A DNA stretch of 64,000 nucleotides from Polyangiaceae bacterium (GCA_965222375.1 CBDCTZ010000015.1:128001-192000), one strand, 5' to 3'; numbered from the stretch's first letter, positions 48,375 to 58,244 are shown. Numbers and translations are program-made. The notes: generated by a model from the letters alone, not told the origin.

Positions 48375-49703
48375 ATGGCAGAGAAAACCTTTCGAAGTCT
48401 TGCGAGCGCGGCCGTGATGGCTGGATTTTTCGCCGGCTGCAACGGCGCCGAGGAAACCGTCCCCGACCTCTCGAAGTCCGGGGAAGCGGAAGGCATTCCT
48501 CAGGTCCCAACGCCGCCGGAAAACGGGCCGAAGCTGGGCGCGATAGCCGAAGTCGTTCCTGTCCTCGAGCGCCCGAGTCAGACCGGGCGCCAACTCGGCT
48601 ATCTGCACGCGGGCGCCCTCGTAGCACGCGCCGAGGAGCCCTACTCGAAGGAGGGTTGCGAGGGTGGCTGGTACCCGGTGCGTCCGAAGGGCTTCGTCTG
48701 CGCTGGCGACGGCGCCACGACGGACATGAAGCACCCGACCCTTGCCGCAATGGCACAAGCTCCCAAGCGCGAGCAGTTGCTGCCATACACTTACGCGCGG
48801 GCTCGCAAACAAACGCCGATCTACGAGCGCGACGCGAGCAAAGACAACGCCGTCAAAGAGTCCGGCAAACTGCGATCTCGCAGCGTGCTGGCAATTGTCG
48901 GCTCCTGGTCGGCGATGGACCCCGACGGCAAGATGCAGCGACTCGGCTTGACCACCAGTGGCAAGTTCGTTCGTGCCGTGGACCTGGAACCCGTGAGCGG
49001 CAGTGATTTCGAGGGCGTTTCCCTGGAAGGCAAGAAGGGACTGCCCCTCGGCTTCATCGTCAAACGGGGGATTCGTTTTTGGGAAGTCGAAAAGGGCGAA
49101 GCCGACAAACTCGGCAAGGCTGCCTATCACACCATCCTGCCCCTCACGGGTCGCTACCGCACGGTGGGGCCACTGAAATACTGGGCCACTGCCGACGATA
49201 AATACGTGCGTCATCGCGACGTCACGGTCATTCGTCGACGCAACACCTATCCCGATTTTGCCGTCGGCGATCAGAAGTGGATCGACGTGAGCATCATCAC
49301 GGGATCTGCAGTGCTGTACGAGGGTCGCAAGCCGATTCTGGCGACTCTTGTCAGCGTAGGGCGGGATCGCGTAGGCGATCCGAAAACCGACGCCGTGACC
49401 ATTCAGGGCACCTTCGACGTCGTGGGCAAGCACATCACTGCGGCGAAGCTCGATCCCAAGAGCGTGGCGGATCACATCGACACCTACGACTTGCCCTGGG
49501 CCATCGAACTGTCCAGCGGACAGCTGATCCACGGTGCCACCTGGCACAACCGTTTCGGAATCGAACACGGCAAAGGCAACGTGCAGATGGCGCCGACGGA
49601 TGCTTCCCGGGTCTGGTCATGGGTGGAGCCTGAAGTACCTGCGAATTGGCACGGCGTGACCCAAGTCGGCGATCGCAAGACGATCGTGATCGTACGCAAA
49701 TGA
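48375..49703 (+). CDS. L,D-transpeptidase (YkuD)-family lipoprotein, catalytic Cys replaced
   Basis: KWIDVSI...LYEG...TLVSVG. HGATWHNRFG..HGKGNV in place of SHGCV. Confidence 0.8.
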   Translation: MAEKTFRSLASAAVMAGFFAGCNGAEETVPDLSKSGEAEGIPQVPTPPENGPKLGAIAEVVPVLERPSQTGRQLGYLHAGALVARAEEPYSKEGCEGGWYPVRPKGFVCAGDGATTDMKHPTLAAMAQAPKREQLLPYTYARARKQTPIYERDASKDNAVKESGKLRSRSVLAIVGSWSAMDPDGKMQRLGLTTSGKFVRAVDLEPVSGSDFEGVSLEGKKGLPLGFIVKRGIRFWEVEKGEADKLGKAAYHTILPLTGRYRTVGPLKYWATADDKYVRHRDVTVIRRRNTYPDFAVGDQKWIDVSIITGSAVLYEGRKPILATLVSVGRDRVGDPKTDAVTIQGTFDVVGKHITAAKLDPKSVADHIDTYDLPWAIELSSGQLIHGATWHNRFGIEHGKGNVQMAPTDASRVWSWVEPEVPANWHGVTQVGDRKTIVIVRK

Positions 49704-50034
49704 GTGGGCTTTCCGCGCAGCTTCTGGTCTTCTCGGCTAGGGTCGCATCGCCAGTGCGACGGCAAGCCGCCATTCCCGGCGCCTCGCGGCGAGCTTTGGG
49801 ATGGTTCACGTGCCTGTCTTGTTGGTTTTTGGGGGGATGGCGCGCTCGGCGTCATCGACAGTTCTTTATTGTTCGTCGCGCGCGCTTCTGTGCTCAGGCG
49901 CATTCGGGTTGTCCCGGATTTCGCTCGAGGCTTCGTACTGGAGGTTTTGCGCGACGGGAGCGTTGCCTTCGGGGGCGGCCCTCGGGTTTGGCCTCGGGTG
50001 GGAAGACGAGTGGTGCGCGGCCGTAGGATTCGCC

Positions 50035-50544
50035 ATGAAACCAACGAACGACAGGCTCGAACGTGGCGCTCGGCATCGGTGGCTCAAGCGCCTCTGCTGG
50101 GTGGTGGCCGGAGTGACCGGGGCATTCGCGCTCTCGTGCAGTGGTTCCGCCGAGGACACGGGAGGTCATACGGGCGGCAGCTCCGGCGGTGCGGGGCGCG
50201 CGGGGAGTGGCGGGCTTGGAGGGAGCGGTGGCGCCGGGGGCAGCGTCAGCCTCGCATGCATTGGAAACGAAGTCGTATGCGGACTGAACTGTTGCGCTGT
50301 CGGTCAGTGTGACGCGCTGGGTGGTTACTCCATGAAGTTGGAGCCGGTGGACGGAAGATGCAGGATGACCATTACAGATCCGAGTGTTGGAAACGCGGTC
50401 GCGTTTCTCGCCTGTGACGGTTCCGTCGAAGCCTTCAACCCAGACGGGAAGCCCAATGACCAACCGGGAACGTGGACCGGCAGCGGGACCTCGTTTACGC
50501 TTGCGATCGACGGTTTCGACCATGCCTGCAAGTCGGTGCCCTAG
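50035..50544 (+). CDS. Small Gly/Cys-rich lipoprotein
   Basis: ALSC lipobox. Confidence 0.65.
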   Translation: MKPTNDRLERGARHRWLKRLCWVVAGVTGAFALSCSGSAEDTGGHTGGSSGGAGRAGSGGLGGSGGAGGSVSLACIGNEVVCGLNCCAVGQCDALGGYSMKLEPVDGRCRMTITDPSVGNAVAFLACDGSVEAFNPDGKPNDQPGTWTGSGTSFTLAIDGFDHACKSVP

Positions 50545-50831
50545 CGCGACGTCGTGCCGGGCCGTACTGTCGAACCCACGCCGTGGGAGCCCGCGGGACG
50601 ACGCGAGACGAAGCGGCGCAAGGCGCGCCCCCGGAGGGCGCGACCCCGCAAAGCATGACGCTCGAGCAGAGCGCATGTGAGCACGCCGTCGATAGAGGAC
50701 ACGCCATCTTCCCGTTGTCCTGCGGGTCGATGTGCGAGGTGATGCACGACCCATCCAAGGGTGCGCGGGAGCGGCCGGCCGATTTCGCGATGAGCCCGGC
50801 CGTAACTCCTGTCTCGTCGCGAGCTTCGACC

Positions 50832-51198
50832 CTACTCGACTGCACCGGCAGACACGCCCTGCTGGAGGGGCGCGGAAGCATTTGGAACGAGTGGGCCGAA
50901 CGACACCTGCGAGGCAGCGACCACGTGCGCTCGCACACTCGCGTCGGTCAATGGGTCGCACGTCTCCAACCAGGCCTCGGCCAACGTCCTACGGCCGTCG
51001 AAACGCCAGTGATACAGCATCCAAGTCGAGAACAGCGCGAAGTCCGGAAGGTTTCGAACGTCCGCACCGGGCGCATCAAACAAGGCCCACGCGAACGGCA
51101 TCAGCTCCTTGCCAACTAGTCCGCGCGCAAAGCCCGCCAGCTTGTGCCGCGCGCGAGCGGCGGCACCGCGCATAGCCCAGTGGCCTCGAATTGCCATG
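50832..51198 (-). pseudogene. Hypothetical protein fragment
   Basis: Protein-like stretch FSTWMLYHWRFDGRRTLAEAWLE that loses coherence toward its stop. Confidence 0.3.
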
Positions 51199-51337
51199 TT
51201 CACACCCCGCACGGGACTATGCCGCAAAAGGTGGCGAGCGGCCAGTGCGCAAGCGCCTGCCAAGGCTCCGCACCTCAACTTTCGCGCAATCACGCGTGAA
51301 GAGCTGCGCAGCCTGCCCTGGTCAGCGAGCGATGGTC

Positions 51338-52099
51338 TCAGTCCCGGTGGTCGTCGCAGAGGTCGTCCCAACCGAGGTCGGGAAACGCATAACGCATCTC
51401 CGCGAGAAGTTCATCTTGTTCGGCTTCGGACCAAGGCTCGTCAGCTTCCACTCCGGGGAGCCGATCCAGCTCGCCCTCCCACGGCGGGAGCGCCGGCGGA
51501 GGGCGAACATAGTTGCCCCCTCGGGAGAGTGTGCATCCCTCATCGAGAGCGCGCTGCCGAATCGCTTGCAGGTCCAGCCCGGCGTACCAATCTCTTGGAT
51601 CTGCTGCGACGCCTGGCGTCCCGACGACGTTGAGCAGAGAGCAGCCAAGATTCGCGAAGAAGCAGAGCCACCTGCTTTCGGCGGCGTCTTCGTCAATCGT
51701 TGGGACGACAGCCAGCGTGAGGCAGTGGCAGTGTTCCCGCTTGCGTCGGTGCCAAACGGCAATGTTGTAGCCGGCCGCCTCACGCTCTTGTTGGCTACCA
51801 CGCCGCTTGCCGACGTAAAACACGCCGGCAGCATCTGCAAAAGCGTAGATCGTAGAAGTCGCATCCTTGTCGGACGTGTCCAGGCCGGCACGCGGCACGT
51901 TTCGAGCATCCGGGTCGGGCTGCGTCGCTGATCCCGGAAGCGCCGCCATGCCCGCGCTGATGCTCGCAGCGCGCTCCCAGGCTCGCGCTCGTCCGGCGGC
52001 GGAGCGCGGCCATTGTCCCAACTTCAGCCGAAAGGGCCTACCGTTGGCGTCCGAAAAGCCGCCCCACCAGGCTCCTGTGCTGTACTCGACCTCACTCAT
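51338..52099 (-). CDS. GIY-YIG-like nuclease domain protein
   Basis: TIYAFAD...FYVGK...ER...AAESRW...LLN. Confidence 0.5.
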   Translation of the reverse strand: MSEVEYSTGAWWGGFSDANGRPFRLKLGQWPRSAAGRARAWERAASISAGMAALPGSATQPDPDARNVPRAGLDTSDKDATSTIYAFADAAGVFYVGKRRGSQQEREAAGYNIAVWHRRKREHCHCLTLAVVPTIDEDAAESRWLCFFANLGCSLLNVVGTPGVAADPRDWYAGLDLQAIRQRALDEGCTLSRGGNYVRPPPALPPWEGELDRLPGVEADEPWSEAEQDELLAEMRYAFPDLGWDDLCDDHRD

Positions 52100-52570
52100 C
52101 GGCGCACCATCTGCCCTCCCATCGCGGCGAGCCGCACCCTGCGGACGCTGGCTTGCATTCCTTCCCGCGCGAACCGGCGCGCTTGGACCTCGTCGTCGAG
52201 TCACCATGATCCAGAGTAGCCACTTCCAGGGAACGGACAATGCTTTCCACCACACTCCTCAGGTTGCGCTTGCAGAACGCGCTGGCTTGCGTGGCGGGCG
52301 GGCGGCGCGTCGGAAAAACCGATCTGCCAAATCCATCAGGTCTGCCTCGGCTTGGCGGGTTGCTTTACGGCGTGCGTGTGCTCTGCCGAGGCGCCACGGG
52401 ATGAGCTGCCCTGCCCACCACGTGGTGGTGGTGGGCATTCCAGGACCGCCACGACGTCGGACCGTGCCCGTGTTGCCTGCGCGACCAAGCGACTGCGGTT
52501 TTCCCTACCTCGCTAGTCGCGTGGCCAGTACTATCCGCACGCAACAACTTGGGGAGTCGAGGCGGGTGAG

Positions 52571-53692
52571 ATGAGCGCGAAGATGGCATTGCGGAGATTC
52601 GCGCTCCAGGCCGCAAGTGGGTTTGGGGGGCGAGGGAAACAACGAGCCGGTGAGGAGTTCGCACGGGGGCTTCTCGGGTGTTTCGGTGAGCATGATGACA
52701 ACGGTGGGCCGGCCTACGGTCACAGCTTCTCCGTTGCGCGCGATGGCAAGAAGACGAAGAAGACGGTCAGCGTCCACTGGCCTGAGCGGCGAGTCGTCGT
52801 GGACGTTGTGGATCGTGACTTGATGCTCGATATGGCATGGGGCGAACTGCTGCGAGCCTGCCTTCAGATGGAGTCGGCGCCGCAGTACGTGGTGTTGACG
52901 AACCAACGCGACGTGCGCCTTTACGACTTGGCCTTCGACAAGGAGACGCCCCGCCTGGCGATCGCGCTGGACGAGCTGCCGAAGTACAGCGAGGCCTTCC
53001 CCTTCTTCGAGGCTGACTGGGTTCCGGGGACGACGCCGCGAATCATCAACGTCGACAAGGTCAGCAAGGAGGTTGCAGATCTGGTTGCGAAAGCGCACCG
53101 AGCGTTGGCGGCGAAGCATCCGGACCGGAAAGACGATGTGATTCAGTTCACGCTCCAGTGCATCGTCGCGATGTTTGCTGAGGACATCGGTCTGCTGCCG
53201 AAGGAGTATTTCACGGCGCTGCTCTACCGAGCGGCGGAGAAAGGCGGCGCCGAAGAGAAACTCGCCGAGCTATTCACCTGGATGAGCACCCCGATCGAGG
53301 AGCGGGCTGACGGAGATGCGGCCATTCCCTACTTCAACGGCGGACTGTTCACTGATTCGATCTCGCTTTCTCTCGATGCCGCGGTGCTCGGGGCGCTCAC
53401 GAAGGCAGCCGAAGCCAACTGGACCTACGTTGACCCGCACATCTTTGGAAGTGTGTTCACGGGCGTCATGGACAAGGCGGAGCGCAAACCAGCGGACCAA
53501 GAGGCGACCGAGTTCCTCCTGGAAATGAACCTCGCCCTCGCCGAAGACGAAGCCGCGGGCGAGATAATCCAGGGTCCGGGGCTTCCCAAGGTCGGCGGCA
53601 AAGACCTGGAGCCGAAAGACCCGCGCTGGATGTCTACAGATTGCATCGAGCCGCCTCCCCTGCCGGGCGTGGACGACGGGCCCGATGGCTGA
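52571..53692 (+). pseudogene. MmeI/YeeA-like (type IIL) R-M protein with in-frame deletion of MTase and TRD domains
   Basis: MFAEDIGLLP, YFNGGLF and WTYVDPHIFGSVF...DKAER join directly to the C-terminal FLLEMNLALA...GPGLP. No SAM-binding or NPPF motif. Confidence 0.75.
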
Positions 53693-54740
53693 CGAGATCA
53701 CCAATTCGGCGAGCGAATTCCTGCTCTACACCGCGCCGAACGGCGACGTCCGGGTGCAGGTCCTGTTCCGGGACGAAACCGTCTGGCTGCCCCAGAAGGG
53801 GCTGTCCGAGCTGTTCGCCGTGGGGGTGCCGGCCATCAGCAAGCACCTCAACAACATCTTTGATTCCGGGGAGTTGGAGCGTGGGGCAAGTGTTTCCAAA
53901 TTGGAAATAGTTCGTCAAGAGGGCAACCGAGAGGTCGCTCGCGATGTGGAGTTCTACAACCTCGACGCGATCATTGCAGTTGGCTACCGGGTCAACAGCT
54001 ACGAAGCGACGCAATTCCGCATCTGGGCCACGCGGACACTCCGCGAGTTCCTGATCAAAGGGTTCGTGCTCGACGACGAGCGCCTGAAGCAGGGCAAGAC
54101 CGCCTTCGGCAAAGACTACTTCGAAGAGCTGCTCGAACGGATCCGCGAGATCCGCGCGAGCGAGCGGCGCTTCTATCAGAAGATAACGGACATCTATGCG
54201 ACGGCCGTCGACTACGACCGAGCGGCACCGCTCACGCGCGAGTTCTTCGCGTCGGTGCAGAACAAGCTGCATTGGGCGATCAGCGGCCAGACAGCGGCAG
54301 AAATCGTGCACGAGCGCGCGGATGCGGGCGCGCCGCACATGGGGCTGAAGACCTGGAAGCACGCACCCGACGGGAAGGTGCTCAAGTCTGACGTATCCAT
54401 CGCAAAGAACTACCTTGGCGAGGAGCAGCTCGCCGAGTTGAATCGCCTCGTGTCCGCATATCTCGACCTGGCCGAGAACCGAGCGCGTCGCGGACTCGTT
54501 ACCAAGATGACGGACTGGGCGAAGTTCCTCGACGACTTCCTCAGGCTCAACAGCTACGACGTGCTCGCCGACAAGGGCAACGTCAGCGCTGCCGTTGCCA
54601 AGATCAAGGCCGAGGCGGAGTATGAGGCGTTCCGGCAGCTGCAAGACGCGGCTTTCGAGTCCGATTTCGACCGGTTCGTCGAACAGACCAGGCAGCTTTC
54701 CAGCGAGAGCCACGAGAAAGACCCGGACGCTGATGGCTGA
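53685..54740 (+). CDS. rhuM: RhuM family protein
   Basis: ETVWL, YNLDAIIAVGYRVNS, FRIWAT, KGFVLDDERLK, IREIRASERRFYQK, VQNKLHWA. Confidence 0.92.
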   Translation: MADEITNSASEFLLYTAPNGDVRVQVLFRDETVWLPQKGLSELFAVGVPAISKHLNNIFDSGELERGASVSKLEIVRQEGNREVARDVEFYNLDAIIAVGYRVNSYEATQFRIWATRTLREFLIKGFVLDDERLKQGKTAFGKDYFEELLERIREIRASERRFYQKITDIYATAVDYDRAAPLTREFFASVQNKLHWAISGQTAAEIVHERADAGAPHMGLKTWKHAPDGKVLKSDVSIAKNYLGEEQLAELNRLVSAYLDLAENRARRGLVTKMTDWAKFLDDFLRLNSYDVLADKGNVSAAVAKIKAEAEYEAFRQLQDAAFESDFDRFVEQTRQLSSESHEKDPDADG

Positions 54741-57138
54741 CAGCATCGCGGACATCGCTGCGCTCTCTGCACTGTGGGACGCGGAGAAAAACGACCACGC
54801 CCCGGCCGAGGTGCTTGCGAAGAGCTATCGCACAGCCTGGTGGAAGTGTGCCAGCGGCCACTCCTTCCAGCGCAAGCCGCGCATGATGTCGAAGGACCCT
54901 TCCTGCCCCCACTGTGCCCTGGGCGGCGCGAGCTTGGCCGACACGCACCCGCACCTGGCGAAGCGATGGCACCCCGGAAAGAACCACACCACTCCGAGTG
55001 CAGTGAACGCCTCGCACACTGCAAGCGTCTGGTGGGTGTGCGACGAGGGGCATGTCTTCGAGCGTTCACCCCTTCAGATGGTCGCGGATGGCGCCTGCCC
55101 CCACTGTGCGCTCAGAAGCGATTCACTCGCGGCGCGCTTCCCGGAGCTCGCGGCCGAATGGCACCCACATCGCAATGGCGATCTCGGCGCCGACCAGATC
55201 GATCCGGATCACAAGATGACCGCCTGGTGGCTGTGCGCCAAGGGCCACGAGTTCCAGGCGACGGTCCGCTCACGAGCACGCAGCCACGGCCGCTGTCCAC
55301 ACTGCTACGGTGCCTGGACGGTTGACAGCATTCGCTCCTTCGTCAAGTCGCTGCTCAGCCACATTGATGTGCTCACTCCAAGCGAGATGTTTGCCCTCGC
55401 CATGCAGGCGGGCGCGCTTCGCGGCGCATCCTCCCGCGCGTTCGTGAAAGCGCTGACCACCGGGCGCTTTCCGGTCGAGGAGCTGGAAAAGTTCGCCGAC
55501 AACAAGGCCTCGCTCGTGGACGAGTTCGCCACGAATGCGGACTTCAGTCTCGCAGCCGAGCGGAAGGTCGACCTACCACCGGACGACCCGTTTGCGCTGC
55601 CCGATGCCCCTGACAGCGAATACGAGGCGGACGGGGACATCGACGTCTCCGTCACGATTCCGCCGCCGGGTGAGGACGGAGCCCCGGAGATGGAAGAAGG
55701 CGATTCTCTGCCCGTGGTCCAGACCCGCGACGCGCTAGCAGCACTGGACAGCAAGTTCGTCGCGAACGCCGATGCCGAAACGGTGAAGTTCTTGCTCGAT
55801 AGCGCCAAGGCGAAGCTTTGGCGCCACGCATACCGACACTCTGATGAGGCGGAGCAACAGGCACGCGTGTTCGAAGGCGATACCTACTCCTCCATCGTCC
55901 GAGACCGGTTCCTCGCAGAGTTCGACGCTGCACAAAACATGGTGCTGCCCGAAGGCTACGCGTTCCGACCCACGCCCGAGGATGACATCTGCCCACCGCA
56001 TCTCATGCAGCGCCACGTAGCCGTCAGCGTGACGGACAAGCGACGCTTCGGGAACTGGTCGGGCATGGGCGCAGGCAAAACACTCAGCGCGATTCTCTCG
56101 ACCCGGCTGACTCAGTCGGACCTGACCATCGTTTGTTGCCCGAATGCGGTGGTCGACAATTGGGAAGCGGAGATCGAAAACGCGTTCCCCGGCTGCCTGA
56201 CCCAGAAGAAGACCTGGGCGCCAGAATGGCCTGACGCCCACGGCCATCGGCCACGCTACTTGGTCATGAATTTCGAGCAGTTCCAGCTGCAGGATTCAGA
56301 AACGAGACTGGTCGATTTCCTGGCGCGCCACGTCGTCGACTTTGTCGTGATCGACGAGATCCACTTCGCCAAGCAGCGCGACGAAAACACCATGAGCCGG
56401 CGAAAACGTCTGGTGCAAGGCCTGATCCTCGAAGCCGGCAAACGCAATGCCGACCTCTGCGTGCTCGGCATGTCGGGCACACCGGTCATCAACACGCTCC
56501 AGGAGGGGCGAAGTCTGATCGAGATGATCACAGGGCACCGTCACGACGAGCTAGAAACCAAGCCGACCGTGCAAAACTGCATGCGGCTGTACCAGCGTCT
56601 CGTGACCCACGGAACGCGTTGGAAGCCGGACTACAGCACGCAGCTCGAAGTCGAAAAGCCCGACGTCGATTGTGTCGACCATCTCGATGAGATCCGCAAC
56701 GTTGGACGCGGCACCGTGCTCGACATGGAACAGGTGCTCACCAAGATCCGAATCCCGACGATTGTCGCCAATTTAGAGCCCCGCACCGTGCCGTCGCTGT
56801 GGGTCAAGTTGTTGGAGGTCGCCAGTGATCCGGCCGTAGTCCTTGGCGAACCAAAGCGTATTCACGCAGACGTCGCGGAGAAACGACCGCACTCCGCTCG
56901 TTGGCCTTTCCGGGAGGAGCACGGCAAGGTCGACGGCGGAGCGGCCGGGCAGGTACCGGCGGTAGTCGAGCAGTTGACCGACAGCCATGCGGACAAACGG
57001 CGGGCTGGCGTCTGTCTTGACCTCCACGAGCAGGGACCGCTCACTGCCACGGTACCCCTCGATGAGAGCATCGAACATCGCGTCTGCCCGAGTGCCCTCC
57101 CGGACGGCGAGACCAATCGCTTCACAGATGCGTTTTAG
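54733..57138 (+). pseudogene. Triple zinc-ribbon (DUF4379-like) plus SNF2-like helicase, truncated near 56790
   Basis: Three WWxC..GH.F...CPHC repeats. GMGAGKT, CPNAVVDNW, DEIH, SGTPVIN. No helicase C-terminal motifs; the last ~115 codons are antisense to the next gene. Confidence 0.8.
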
Positions 57139-57864
57139 CTCTGTCGTCATCCGGTTGTGCAGCCGCCTGGCGACGACCGTTTTTGCGGCCTGGACATACT
57201 CGATGTCGGCGTCCCCCCTCATGACCAACTCTTTCTGAACACCCTCCGCCTTCTTGTGGAGCCGGGGCTTGCGCCGCCTCGTGAAGCTGTAGACCAGGTC
57301 GTCCGGATCCGCTGTGTCAAGGTCGAACGCGTCCCTGATCCCCTCCTGGGTAATCAGCCCCATCAGCCCACGGCACTGTTCCTCGAGGGTCGAACCAGAC
57401 AGACCGAGCCTGGTCAGCTTCGTTCGAACGGTCCCTCTTGCGTTGATGATGGGCGCTCGATGTCTCGGGTCGAGCGAAGCGAGCACTGGTGTTATGAGGC
57501 TGCTCGCTGGCATGTCGCCCGCTCCCTGACGCGGAAGGTCAGGCAGTCGATCGACGGTCGCGTAGGCGTCGAGAACCTCCTCGTCGCTCCTGGTCCCCGC
57601 CACGCACTGGAACAAACGCGAGACCCGCGCTCGATGGCGCTTCATCCAGTCGAGACTGGTGTTCCGGAACGCTGCGTAGAAGTTCACCATGCCGACAGGC
57701 TTGATGACCGCGCTCGCGATGTCGGCAGGAACATCGGTACTGCGGAGCGCAGCTGCCAGCTCGGGGCGAGTACCTGCCCGGATTGGCACTCCAGCCAGAG
57801 CGGACAAGGCCGGAGCGACGACGGCCCGCGTAGGGTCTGCCGAGTCACCTTTCTGTTTGGACAC
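56773..57864 (-). CDS. Putative restriction-type nuclease with C-terminal PD-(D/E)XK domain
   Basis: FDALI...LLVEVKT...RMAVGQLLDYRR...LAVLLPERP. Confidence 0.75.
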   Translation of the reverse strand: MSKQKGDSADPTRAVVAPALSALAGVPIRAGTRPELAAALRSTDVPADIASAVIKPVGMVNFYAAFRNTSLDWMKRHRARVSRLFQCVAGTRSDEEVLDAYATVDRLPDLPRQGAGDMPASSLITPVLASLDPRHRAPIINARGTVRTKLTRLGLSGSTLEEQCRGLMGLITQEGIRDAFDLDTADPDDLVYSFTRRRKPRLHKKAEGVQKELVMRGDADIEYVQAAKTVVARRLHNRMTTELKRICEAIGLAVREGTRADAMFDALIEGYRGSERSLLVEVKTDASPPFVRMAVGQLLDYRRYLPGRSAVDLAVLLPERPTSGVRSFLRDVCVNTLWFAKDYGRITGDLQQLDPQRRHGAGL

Positions 57865-58244
57865 GGTGATCCACGTCAGCTTGCACGCGCGCAGGAACGC
57901 ACCAGCCACGCAGCCGTGTCGCCGAGCACTTGGTGGGCGCGTCGGGCCCGAGTCGGGCAAGCTATGCTTCAACGGCCGGAAGAGAGGCTACCGCGGCCTT
58001 CAGGCCTTTGGTGACGAGCGCCGTGCCCCAGCGCTGACGTTTCGTGACGTGAAGGGCGGGGGCACCCAATCCAGAAAGATCAAATGAACGTGAAACATGT
58101 AGGTGCCGCAGCGCGCAAATGCCCCTGCGCCTGAATACCCGGCTGCGGTCCAAACGCCTCAGGCTGTAGCAAAGCGCCTACACCGCGCAGTCCACATCGC
58201 AACGCACCTCGGGGAAACACCGCGTTTTTCCGGTCGCGGCGCCG

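Noticed and set aside
47814..49568. 584-aa minus-strand ORF
   Set aside because: Antisense shadow of two well-supported plus-strand genes, which is common in high-GC DNA.
53634..54755. 373-aa minus-strand ORF
   Set aside because: Antisense to rhuM, with no motifs.
56790..57138. C-terminal part of the 847-aa ORF as a real domain
   Set aside because: It is the reverse complement of the PD-(D/E)XK nuclease gene, which carries the recognisable motifs.
50545..58240. Defence island as a bounded mobile element
   Set aside because: No integrase, transposase, tRNA or convincing att/terminal repeats seen, so boundaries cannot be defined.
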